From the IMG/VR virus record IMGVR_UViG_3300011008_000186: a DNA stretch of 64,000 nt, one strand, 5' to 3'. The translations under genes were made by a program, and so were the position numbers. Position 1 is the first letter of the stretch. Each line of letters starts with the position of its first letter. This document shows positions 31,990-40,795 of this stretch, piece by piece. The notes below the pieces were generated by a model that was not told the DNA's origin, did no database searches, and was given only the letters and a program-made list of their open reading frames with translations. This stretch comes from a virus.

Positions 31990-32382
31990 TTAACTCACCT
32001 CATCCCATCCATATACTCCAGGCTCCCATACATTGGCGTCTACTGTTGATTCCCAGTGTTTACTATTACGTGTAACCTTGTCACCTTTCTGATATGCGTC
32101 CTGAGCTCCAGTAGGCTGAATCCACTCAGAAAACTCTTCTATAGAAACTCGTGTCCAAAGCGCAGGAGCAACATCAGGAATCCAGTCCGCCTGTGACGTA
32201 TGAGCCTGTACACATTTATATAAAATGTCTGAATACCGGATCCTATCTCCAACAGAATAAGCAGTGCCAACCCGCCACATCGGAAATAGTTCGATACCCG
32301 AGAGTGCTGTCTCATCATACAGAGAAACTGCAGCCCGTTCGATAAGCGCTCTCAACTCGTAAGCTCGTTCTCTACTGATCAT
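31990..32382 (-). CDS. Carbohydrate-binding protein (two CBM5/12-like motifs)
   Basis: YSVGDRIRYSDILYKCVQAHTSQADWIPDVAPALW and YQKGDKVTRNSKHWESTVDANVWEPG. Confidence 0.6.
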   Translation of the reverse strand: MISRERAYELRALIERAAVSLYDETALSGIELFPMWRVGTAYSVGDRIRYSDILYKCVQAHTSQADWIPDVAPALWTRVSIEEFSEWIQPTGAQDAYQKGDKVTRNSKHWESTVDANVWEPGVYGWDEVS

Positions 32383-32603
32383 GATAAACCTCCTGTAAGA
32401 ATATCAACTATTTCCTCCGCGGTAGATTCTGTTCCGCCATCGCCTTCCATGACATTCCCTTCTTCATATAACCTGGCGAATTCTGAAGGATCGTTGGCTT
32501 CACTATATTCAATGCCATCACGAACTACATATCGATTGGCATCTGAATACGTTTTAGTAAATTCCCTGCCATTAAGCATGTATTTTTCAGTAACTATTGC
32601 CAT
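32379..32603 (-). CDS. Hypothetical small acidic protein
   Basis: 74-aa ORF, SD AAAGGAG, ATGA overlap with the next gene. Confidence 0.5.
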   Translation of the reverse strand: MAIVTEKYMLNGREFTKTYSDANRYVVRDGIEYSEANDPSEFARLYEEGNVMEGDGGTESTAEEIVDILTGGLS

Positions 32604-32619
32604 TTTGAATCTCCTTTAT

Positions 32620-33281
32620 TCCTCTTGTGGTATTGGCGTTCCGTCAGCATAATAATGTTCATACTCGGAACCTTCTCGGAGTATTCGCAAAAGCATTGAT
32701 GTTAGATAAAATGAGGAAACTATTTTCCTGTCTTATTATCAATACATTGAATACAGAACAATTCCGAAATTCAAATTCTTTTATTCTATTTGCTACTTCA
32801 TTTGTTCGTAGTGTCAATATATCTACTGACTCAAGTTTAGGATTAGCCTAGAATGCAAAACTAGTACTATTACCAAGATTTACTAATTTCTCCAAAACTA
32901 ATATTCTTAATTTTTTGCATTCTGCCAAACAAGCTACTGCGTTATTCGCTGAAGTTAGTGATGAGAAATGTAACACTTCAGCGCCTATGTTATCTAATGC
33001 ATATGCTCCTATACTAGTAACATTAGGAACATCAACATTAGTTATTTTAGTATCGCCATAAAATGCATATGCCCCAATACTGGTTATCTCATCATTCTTA
33101 TAATCCCCTGCATATGTGCGATTCAGTATCTCTTTCTCATAATTCTGTCTGGCGTCGCCTTCAATAGCCTCTCCGCACTTATCGTGAGCGGTAGCTCCTT
33201 CGATCAGATGCCCTGGAATCACAGTTGCACCGCTTAAATCTATCAGTGTAGTCCGTCAAGAGTAACTTTCGATACTCCCAT
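32620..33281 (-). pseudogene. Decayed BspA-type LRR fibre gene (1-nt frameshift, in-frame TAG, further 3' frameshift)
   Basis: ATG at 33281 (GGAG SD) gives MGVSKVTLDGLH*. The next frame continues TLIDLSGATV... (family N-terminus). The TAG at 32848-32850 is followed by 62 more open LRR-like codons (FRNCSVFNVLIIRQENSFLILSNINAFANT). Confidence 0.6.
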
Positions 33282-33291
33282 AGTTTACTCC

Positions 33292-33879
33292 TTATCCAAT
33301 AGTTACAGTTTTGCCTCCAGCTGAGTTATCTGTCTCGGTATAAGGAATAGCATTAACTGTAACCTGTGCCAAATAGTTGTAACCAGTGCTCGGAGTTACA
33401 ACCTGAACGCTGGTGGTTGGTGTTACTGTCGGCGATTCGGCGGTAACATCCTCTGTTCCCGACATAGTTCCTTCTACGCCAAGAATCGTAATACCCTGCC
33501 TGATGTTCTCAGCAATGATCTTGGCCTGTTCGGTTGAATCGATCCCAACCTTACCCGATCCATCATGATAACCCTGCTGAATCGTATACTGGCCATTGAG
33601 AGTGCTGATTGTACCGGTTACAGAGCCACGATTAGGCATAGTACCTGTCAGTTTGGCTCCATTCTTATATGCAGTCTTTGTTGCAAGAATCTCAGCAGCT
33701 GTTGCGGTTGCATCACTGGTATCAGCATCGAACGTACAGGCACCTGTAGCTTCTGCACCACTGGGCAGATGAAATTTCTTACCAGTTAGGACATCACTTG
33801 TCGTCACATCATCGCCAGTAAGATCAATTATTGTATTTCCACCATATATAACTTTGTTTACATACTGGTTTGTTGCCAT
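33292..33879 (-). CDS. Fibre-family protein (N-terminus NKVIYGGNTIIDLTGDD)
   Basis: 195-aa ORF. Paralogous N-terminus; GTMPNRG motif. Confidence 0.5.
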   Translation of the reverse strand: MATNQYVNKVIYGGNTIIDLTGDDVTTSDVLTGKKFHLPSGAEATGACTFDADTSDATATAAEILATKTAYKNGAKLTGTMPNRGSVTGTISTLNGQYTIQQGYHDGSGKVGIDSTEQAKIIAENIRQGITILGVEGTMSGTEDVTAESPTVTPTTSVQVVTPSTGYNYLAQVTVNAIPYTETDNSAGGKTVTIG

Positions 33880-33893
33880 ATTTATTTATCTCC

Positions 33894-34157
33894 TTAATCC
33901 CCAATAATAAAGGTCATACCTTTTTCGTTTTGCGTTAAATATGTCGGGATCTCCTCGACCACGACATCGTCCTTCATTATCTTGCCATCTGTTTCAAGAA
34001 CTTGTTGAAGCTCGACAGCAGGTGTTACGACGTAAGGACCTTCATAGATGTCACGGTCAATTAATTTGGTATTGATGTATTCACTTGTTCCGAAATGGAT
34101 GGGATCGTCGTCCACTATTTTTAATGGAATACGATTTTCAATGATCTGAACGTCCAT
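33894..34157 (-). CDS. Hypothetical protein
   Basis: 87-aa ORF. Confidence 0.45.
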   Translation of the reverse strand: MDVQIIENRIPLKIVDDDPIHFGTSEYINTKLIDRDIYEGPYVVTPAVELQQVLETDGKIMKDDVVVEEIPTYLTQNEKGMTFIIGD

Positions 34158-34163
34158 TCATCG

Positions 34164-34490
34164 TCACCCCTCCCGTAGTATCTTTTCGAGCAGATTTCGG
34201 GTGAATAGGATTGTTTTTATCTCGGTGGCATTTCTCTCGCCGTCGAGCATCCAGTTTATTTGCACTTCGCCTTCTTTTTCAGCTTTGAATAAAGAGGAAA
34301 GCTCCTGCGAAAAATGAACGTTTATTACTGTACGATTATTTTCAGCATCATAATTTACACTGACATCGTCGCCAGTAAATGTATGCTCTACTCGTCCTTG
34401 CTCAAACGTAACATATACCTCGGCAAGGCTGAGATTCACACCCTCAATAATAAATTCTGTTACGGGAGTGGTATATCTTCTTACGCTCAT
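34164..34490 (-). CDS. Hypothetical protein
   Basis: 108-aa ORF; SD AAGGGGG preceded by GATTATATTTTA. Confidence 0.5.
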   Translation of the reverse strand: MSVRRYTTPVTEFIIEGVNLSLAEVYVTFEQGRVEHTFTGDDVSVNYDAENNRTVINVHFSQELSSLFKAEKEGEVQINWMLDGERNATEIKTILFTRNLLEKILREG

Positions 34491-34517
34491 ATAGCCCCCT
34501 TAGTATAAAATATAATC

Positions 34518-34778
34518 TTATTTCGTTTCATCCTTAAACGGTGTTGTGTAATTTAGAGCTCTGGCGCTATCCGAAATTCCAGAAGTAGTCGGGTCGATAA
34601 TAATGCCGGCCAGAACAAGAAGATCAACAATAGCCATCGCAATAGATACTATTCGTTCCTGAGAAAAGGCAGGAACAACTCCAGCGGCATCCAGGATCTG
34701 ATAAGCCAAAGTGATAACACCAAGGATTATTGCTACTAGAGTAGCTTTATTTTTAAGTCTGAGTTTCCAATTGATCAT
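34518..34778 (-). CDS. Holin (phi-LC3/SPP1-type)
   Basis: Start at 34778 (SD AGGAGGTAAATTCAAAATG). MINWKLRLKNKATLVAIILGV...LVLAGIIIDPTTSGISDSARAL matches the family signature DPTT.G.sDS. Confidence 0.7.
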   Translation of the reverse strand: MINWKLRLKNKATLVAIILGVITLAYQILDAAGVVPAFSQERIVSIAMAIVDLLVLAGIIIDPTTSGISDSARALNYTTPFKDETK

Positions 34779-34792
34779 TTTGAATTTACCTC

Positions 34793-35167
34793 CTATACTT
34801 TGAACCATTCTGGTTTTGCCAGATCATTATCTTCGAGCCATTTATTGAACAGACTGGTCAAATACCAGTTTCCATTAATGTCTTTAAAATAATGCTCAGC
34901 AAGTTTCATAATTTCTGAAATTTCGTGCGGATAATCTGCAATAAGCAAAAGAAGTTGCGTTCGTAATTCATCTTTTTCGCTGATCTTTTGCCGACTTTTT
35001 ATCTGTTCCATATCAGATTTTAGAGTCTCAAAATTCTGTCGCATATGATCGTCGCGCTCTTTACTTTTGGTTATCCGTTCTCGTATAGGTTTTATAAAAA
35101 GAGCCGCTAACCCGAATATAGTCAGCAGCCCATCCGCAATAAGTACGGCTGTACTAAATATTTCCAT
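34793..35167 (-). CDS. N-terminally anchored membrane / coiled-coil protein (possibly lysis-associated)
   Basis: Helix VLIADGLLTIFGLAALFI. Immediately upstream of the holin. Confidence 0.45.
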   Translation of the reverse strand: MEIFSTAVLIADGLLTIFGLAALFIKPIRERITKSKERDDHMRQNFETLKSDMEQIKSRQKISEKDELRTQLLLLIADYPHEISEIMKLAEHYFKDINGNWYLTSLFNKWLEDNDLAKPEWFKV

Positions 35168-35182
35168 GTATTTTCATTCCTT

Positions 35183-36292
35183 TTATGATGCGATTGCATC
35201 GGTTTTAACATAGATCAGTTGTACTGTGACTGTTGCTGATACTGATGCCGATGTAACGTTTCGTAGCGATAAGATTGCAGTTGACGTTCCAACGAGACGC
35301 GGCTGCATTGATCTTATAACAACACCAGCATTGCCGGTAAGAACATTAGCAAAAGATAATGGAGCATATCCGCTGGGGGTTTCTACTCCAAGATCCGTAC
35401 TGGCAATATTAGCACCAGTATTTGCTGCTAAGGTGTACGCATACTGATACTCAACGATCTTGAATAGATCGTCGGCTTTCTTTTCAGCTCTATCGCTACT
35501 TACAAATCTATAATATGTTCCATCGTACACAAACGTTAATATATCGCCAACATCCCAAAATAAAGTGTTTGTGGCCGATGTAACTGCATTATTTGCATAC
35601 ACATCTTTTGCGCCAGTGCTGTTAATGTTAAGAGTGATTTTGGCAGTGGCATAAGTATTTGCGGTGGTACATCTTAAAACCACAAAAGCGCCAGGCATCA
35701 ATCTGAAGTTTGTAACAGTACCCACTTTTGCCTGAGTTGTAGCAGTAGTACTACAAGTACCATACCATGTTCCTGCACCGTCAGGAGGAACCACAGAAGC
35801 TGCTGCTCTTGCTGAAATATAACGATAATATGTTCCATCGTACATAAATGTCAGCAATGTATTAGCACTCCATTTAAGAACATTTGTTGTTGCGTTTAAT
35901 GTTCCTGTACCAGCATAAATGGCCAAGGCACCAGTACTATTTACATTTAATGTTGGGGTTGCTGCAGTATTTGCTGTAGAAAATAATACGGATATAATAG
36001 CACCTTTAACTAAAGAAAAACCAGAGCATGCAACCACTTTTGCTGCTGTGCCTGCAGTGGTATTTGACGTTCCATACCATGTGGTTATTGTATCATTGTC
36101 TGTTCCGCTTCCGGATACAGTCGCCCAGGTCCCATCACCTCTTAAAAATTTTCCCTCGTCACCAGCGGACGGAGCAGGAACAGCACCTGACGAACCAGCA
36201 TCTGTGCTTGATGCACCAGACATATTAGTAGTCTTCAGATTACAAACATCGCCATTAGGAAGAGATATTTTATTAATATTATATGTTGCCAT
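35183..36292 (-). CDS. Tail fibre-like protein
   Basis: MATYNINKISLPNGDVCNLK N-terminus is paralogous to 36309-37355. Internally repeated T/A/G-rich beta sequence. Confidence 0.55.
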   Translation of the reverse strand: MATYNINKISLPNGDVCNLKTTNMSGASSTDAGSSGAVPAPSAGDEGKFLRGDGTWATVSGSGTDNDTITTWYGTSNTTAGTAAKVVACSGFSLVKGAIISVLFSTANTAATPTLNVNSTGALAIYAGTGTLNATTNVLKWSANTLLTFMYDGTYYRYISARAAASVVPPDGAGTWYGTCSTTATTQAKVGTVTNFRLMPGAFVVLRCTTANTYATAKITLNINSTGAKDVYANNAVTSATNTLFWDVGDILTFVYDGTYYRFVSSDRAEKKADDLFKIVEYQYAYTLAANTGANIASTDLGVETPSGYAPLSFANVLTGNAGVVIRSMQPRLVGTSTAILSLRNVTSASVSATVTVQLIYVKTDAIAS

Positions 36293-36308
36293 ATAACCCC
36301 CTCCTTAC

Positions 36309-37355
36309 TTAGCTAACTGTAATCGTTGCCTGAGTTCCGGTAAATGTAGGATTAGTAACTGTGCCTTCTGGCTTAATATTCAAGTCTACTGTTCCACCTG
36401 TGGAAATATTATTTACATTACCAGAAAGCGAAGTGACTGCATCTTTTGACGAAACTGAAACGCTACCTTCAGTTCCAGTGAATGTTGCAGAAACAGTGCC
36501 GGTTGGGGTGAATGTTCCGGTAGAAGTTAGTTTACTTCTATGATTTGTTATTCGTAAATATTTAGCGGTACCGGTAAATTTTCCGGGTGTAACTACAATT
36601 GTTGCGTTATCTTCGCTCAAGGCGACACTAGTATCAAGTGTAGGCATAGATCCGGCATCCCACGATATCGCTAACGTTTCATTGTTTGTATCGCCAACAG
36701 TAAATGTAAGAGTAGGAACCGATCCGTTTGAAGTAACCGCGTGAGGAGTTGGCTGACCTATTATTAGTGATGCTGTAGCTGTTGCAGACATATTACCTAC
36801 CGAACCAGATGGCGTAATATCGACGTCATCCCCTCCGTTTGTACTATATGCTGCGATATCAACAGTAGTCAATACCGATGGAGCAGTAACAGTTATATTT
36901 TCATCTTCACTTGTTCCAGTAAAAGTCGCGGACACAGTACCAGATGGCGTAAAGTTACCAGTAGAAGTAGTAGTGTCTTTTATTGCTGTTATATGAGCAT
37001 ATTTCTGCGTCCCGCTGAATGTTGCGGAAACAGTGCCGGCAGGTGTATAAGTTGCACTGGCTGTATCTTTAAAAGCTAACGCTTTAAGACCGGACATATC
37101 ACCAAATTCTTGCCACTCGGAGCCATTAAATATAAATTCTTTACTGCCATAGTTCACAATATTTCCGGTTTTAGCCGTAACACTGCTTCCAGAAACAGTT
37201 ATAGGATTCGTCGTAGCTCCGTCTGTTAATGCGGTAGTTGTAACGCCGAGATAGGCCGTATAATTATTGAGATCGGCAATAGCCTGTCGAGCGGTCGCAT
37301 CCTTTATGTCATAAGTTGTTCCACTCGGTAATGTAATTTTACTAATATCTGCCAT
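36309..37355 (-). CDS. Tail fibre-like protein
   Basis: Start moved to 37355 (MADISKITLPSGTTYDIKD, SD AAAGGAGA). Repeated TPxGTVSATFTGT units. Confidence 0.55.
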   Translation of the reverse strand: MADISKITLPSGTTYDIKDATARQAIADLNNYTAYLGVTTTALTDGATTNPITVSGSSVTAKTGNIVNYGSKEFIFNGSEWQEFGDMSGLKALAFKDTASATYTPAGTVSATFSGTQKYAHITAIKDTTTSTGNFTPSGTVSATFTGTSEDENITVTAPSVLTTVDIAAYSTNGGDDVDITPSGSVGNMSATATASLIIGQPTPHAVTSNGSVPTLTFTVGDTNNETLAISWDAGSMPTLDTSVALSEDNATIVVTPGKFTGTAKYLRITNHRSKLTSTGTFTPTGTVSATFTGTEGSVSVSSKDAVTSLSGNVNNISTGGTVDLNIKPEGTVTNPTFTGTQATITVS

Positions 37356-37371
37356 TTTGAAATCTCCTTTT

Positions 37372-37911
37372 CTAATTGGTTGTAAGAACCAGCGTTTCAT
37401 CTTCCGTCAATGACAGATACGCACGGTTTTTATTATTCCAGAACTCTCGTTCAGTTTGCGTTATATGGATCGTACTATCATTAATGTGTTGCTTATAAAG
37501 CTTATCCGTAAACGGCAAGTCGACAACGTAAGCATTACCATTACCAATCTTAAATCCAGCCAGATCCAAATTACCAGATTGCTGATAATCGGTATAAATG
37601 TATACTGCGTTTCTCTCACTTACCAACGAAACCTGAGAATTCCAATTAGCCGTCGTGTCATAATATATAGCCACCGGACGTATGCCCAAAGCAACCAGCT
37701 TATCAGAAAGATCGGCTTCTGAAATCAATCCAAGTTGAGACCCGGTTTTGTTTCCGGACAATGTTACATTATTGATAGACGGTTTATTGATCAAATCATT
37801 GTAATTACTTGTTCCGCCCGGAGAAGGAGAAGGTGTATCTCCACTCGGACTATCGGGTATTTCACCAATTTCGATGTCGGCATCGTTACCGCCGTAGCCA
37901 GGATCAATCAC
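37372..37911 (-). CDS. Tail fibre / baseplate-associated protein
   Basis: YNDLINKPSINNVTLSGN and IHITQTEREFWNNK motifs, typical of Gram-positive phage fibre proteins. Confidence 0.5.
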   Translation of the reverse strand: MIDPGYGGNDADIEIGEIPDSPSGDTPSPSPGGTSNYNDLINKPSINNVTLSGNKTGSQLGLISEADLSDKLVALGIRPVAIYYDTTANWNSQVSLVSERNAVYIYTDYQQSGNLDLAGFKIGNGNAYVVDLPFTDKLYKQHINDSTIHITQTEREFWNNKNRAYLSLTEDETLVLTTN

Positions 37912-37932
37912 GAGACCCTTCTCCTTTCATCA

Positions 37933-39711
37933 TCAGTATTTTCTAAATATAACCGGAATAGCACAATTGAGTTTTCCAGTGAAAGAACCGGAATAAGAAT
38001 ATAGACGAACGTGAGTTGATCCAATATAATCTCCAATTGTGACATCTTGCTTTATCTCGACCAAAACCGAAGCTGCACCATTCTGCGATGGAACCATTTG
38101 CCGAATATTATGCATAGCTAATAAATGATCAAATAGTCCGACTGTAAACCATTTGCCATTAGGTATTGCCGACTTTATATCGAGATGTATACTTATATAG
38201 CCGAATTGACCACCGGCGCTTCGAGCGACGCAGGAATGTCTGGTACCTATAAACCAATCGGAACTCTCGGGATCGATATCCTCATCATTTTCATCCAGTA
38301 AAACCGGAAGTGAAGTTTCCGTTTGCGATTTGAATGAAGTGTTTGTAGCGGAAATCATAGGTGTCTTTATTCCCTCCGGATTCATGGACACCATTGTAGC
38401 TTCTTGTTCATCGCCGTTACTATCTTGATAAACCAAAGTAATTTCTACTGGATTATCAGTTGAGTTTGAATGTACTTTAAATTGACCTCGAACGACAAGG
38501 TTTTCACCGTTTTGCTCCCGCTGTCGTAATTCGCTCACGTCGTTGGCATCAACGTCGCCATCTTTATCCGTATCATACTTGTAAATATAATCTGGTGTTC
38601 CACTATCGTATTCAGAACTTCCGGCAACATATCGCTGAGCTTCTGTTACATCGGCTTTTGTAACAAGTCTTGAATAAGCTATGTCCGAACTATATCCATT
38701 TGGATCAACGTTAAGACCGCCTAACGTTCCTTCGTTAAATGCAACAGACCCATCGGTATTTATTTTGAAATACTCATTAGCAGTAACTGCACCATTGATG
38801 TTGATTTTACTTGCATCTATTTGCAATCCTTCTTGGGATAGATTAATTTGGTTGATGATATCATTTGCCGATACTTTGGCCGAAATCATTCCATCCATAA
38901 TACTAATGTTCGTTTCATTGTTACCAATCCGTATAGCAAGAGCTCCAGTCCCATCATGTGTTGACGCATAAGAATGTCGAATCTCGCCCGGCTCAAGCAT
39001 TGGATAAAATGTTATACCGTCTTGAGGACATGCATATCCATCTTTTATCTGAGCATAAGCACAAATATATTTATAGCCATAATCTGTAACAACTCCTGAG
39101 CCGTCTTCTATGAATGGAGTTCCGGTGTCGCCACTTGGATCATCTGTTTCAGCATATAATCTTCCACCTATCCAGTAATTAGGATTGTCTTCATCCTCGT
39201 TTGATGGACAACCACTTATTACATATTTATTAGTCGGATCAATAGTTAATACTGGGACTCGATTGCTGAACTCAGCATTACAGAATAAATATCTAGTGAT
39301 TCCCACAGCGGTTCCGGTTGCAGTAACCGAGCCATCCAGATTAACTGTCCACTTAATACCATGATCGGTGTCATCCCAAACTTTTCCATAAAGATCTTCA
39401 TCATGATATACGGTTGGTAAAAGATTGTATCCGCCTTCTCCAGCAGAAATATCTGTATTGTTGCCAATTATTACGGCACTGTGTTTACTAATGTTTAAAG
39501 TAACCCGATCGCCTTCACGAACCTTGGCAACAGTTGATGCGGGAGTCATTACCGTTGTATTAGAATCATCTAGCTTAACCGCTACACCATCTCCCGTAAT
39601 GCTGGACACAGTTCCATATACAACTACTGTATCATCTTTATTATCGGGATTCTTATTACTGTTTACGGCTCGGGCAAAATCCATTAGCAGATTATTATTA
39701 ATCTTACTCAT
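37933..39711 (-). CDS. Baseplate / central spike-like protein with a Ca-binding (dockerin/EF-hand-like) loop
   Basis: Start at 39711 (MSKINNN..., overlaps the upstream stop). OB-like VVVYGTVSSITGDGVAVKLDD. DKDGDVDANDVSEL. Confidence 0.45.
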   Translation of the reverse strand: MSKINNNLLMDFARAVNSNKNPDNKDDTVVVYGTVSSITGDGVAVKLDDSNTTVMTPASTVAKVREGDRVTLNISKHSAVIIGNNTDISAGEGGYNLLPTVYHDEDLYGKVWDDTDHGIKWTVNLDGSVTATGTAVGITRYLFCNAEFSNRVPVLTIDPTNKYVISGCPSNEDEDNPNYWIGGRLYAETDDPSGDTGTPFIEDGSGVVTDYGYKYICAYAQIKDGYACPQDGITFYPMLEPGEIRHSYASTHDGTGALAIRIGNNETNISIMDGMISAKVSANDIINQINLSQEGLQIDASKININGAVTANEYFKINTDGSVAFNEGTLGGLNVDPNGYSSDIAYSRLVTKADVTEAQRYVAGSSEYDSGTPDYIYKYDTDKDGDVDANDVSELRQREQNGENLVVRGQFKVHSNSTDNPVEITLVYQDSNGDEQEATMVSMNPEGIKTPMISATNTSFKSQTETSLPVLLDENDEDIDPESSDWFIGTRHSCVARSAGGQFGYISIHLDIKSAIPNGKWFTVGLFDHLLAMHNIRQMVPSQNGAASVLVEIKQDVTIGDYIGSTHVRLYSYSGSFTGKLNCAIPVIFRKY

Positions 39712-40795
39712 ATGTTTGCTCCCACAAATTCTTAGTATATGTTGCTTTTGCATTGATAGTACATCCAGACTTACAATCAATGTCTTGACTCACTATCTTT
39801 GCCTTTACATCTCTTAATCCTGCCGAAATATAATTTAATCGAACACAATCACCTATTCGTACCGGACAATAACCGTGACTAAAAGATATGCTATATTCAA
39901 GCGATGACAAATGTCGCAAGAGTCTTTCGGCATAATTTCTAATCTGTGGCTCGGTCGCGACACCAGGAAGACTTGGATTGATTTCTCTATGAGTGATCAC
40001 CCGGCCTCTGCTCTGAATCGAGGTTGGACTATTCGGATCATCGTTAACTACAACTGATCTGTAAGTATGATATGAAGTAGAATATAATACTTCCACCCTG
40101 TTCGGAATATTATAGAGATCGCGATCAACTGTAAGATCCGGCAACAATATCGAACTATTGCTGTCATCAAAAGTCCAAACCGGCTGCATTCTCGACGTCT
40201 CGATGATCGGAGCGAATTGTATTCTACCCATATCATCAAGATCAAATCTGTATTTAGCCGTGGAAATAAGAGAAGATAAATATGTAAGCCATGTATCACT
40301 GGTATCAGCTACAAAATGATTATGCAGCTTCACTGTACATTCACCTTCAGAAAACCTGCTAACCGGAGGTCTACAGTTTTCGTCGGCCAAGACAGATGCG
40401 TTATACATGACATCTGAATTTTTCATAACCGAGAACCCAAACGGAGGCGGATTCTCTTTTAATTCTAGAAGAGGAGTGTAAGCTTGAAGACTATTTGTCA
40501 CTCGTTTACCGTCGAATCCAAAAGATGGAGTCTGAACTAAAAAAGTTCCCAAAGGAAAACGTTCTGTAACTCCATTTTGAAGGACCACAAGATAAATTCG
40601 TATATAGCATTCGCCAAGCGCTTCCTCTATCTCAAAATTTGCCGATCCAAGAGTATCTGTATTAAGATCTCTGGTTATCGACGAGCTTATAGCTGTATCT
40701 ATTTTTCGTACATTCTGCCAGGTGTCTGGATCGACCACATAATATTCGAAAGTCTGCGACATGCTTGCTGTCCAATCAACGGCCATATCAAGCAC
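39704..40795 (-). CDS. Tail-associated (Tal / baseplate hub N-domain-like) protein
   Basis: 363 aa, immediately after the Dit-like gene. Assigned on position and size. Confidence 0.5.
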   Translation of the reverse strand: MLDMAVDWTASMSQTFEYYVVDPDTWQNVRKIDTAISSSITRDLNTDTLGSANFEIEEALGECYIRIYLVVLQNGVTERFPLGTFLVQTPSFGFDGKRVTNSLQAYTPLLELKENPPPFGFSVMKNSDVMYNASVLADENCRPPVSRFSEGECTVKLHNHFVADTSDTWLTYLSSLISTAKYRFDLDDMGRIQFAPIIETSRMQPVWTFDDSNSSILLPDLTVDRDLYNIPNRVEVLYSTSYHTYRSVVVNDDPNSPTSIQSRGRVITHREINPSLPGVATEPQIRNYAERLLRHLSSLEYSISFSHGYCPVRIGDCVRLNYISAGLRDVKAKIVSQDIDCKSGCTINAKATYTKNLWEQTYE

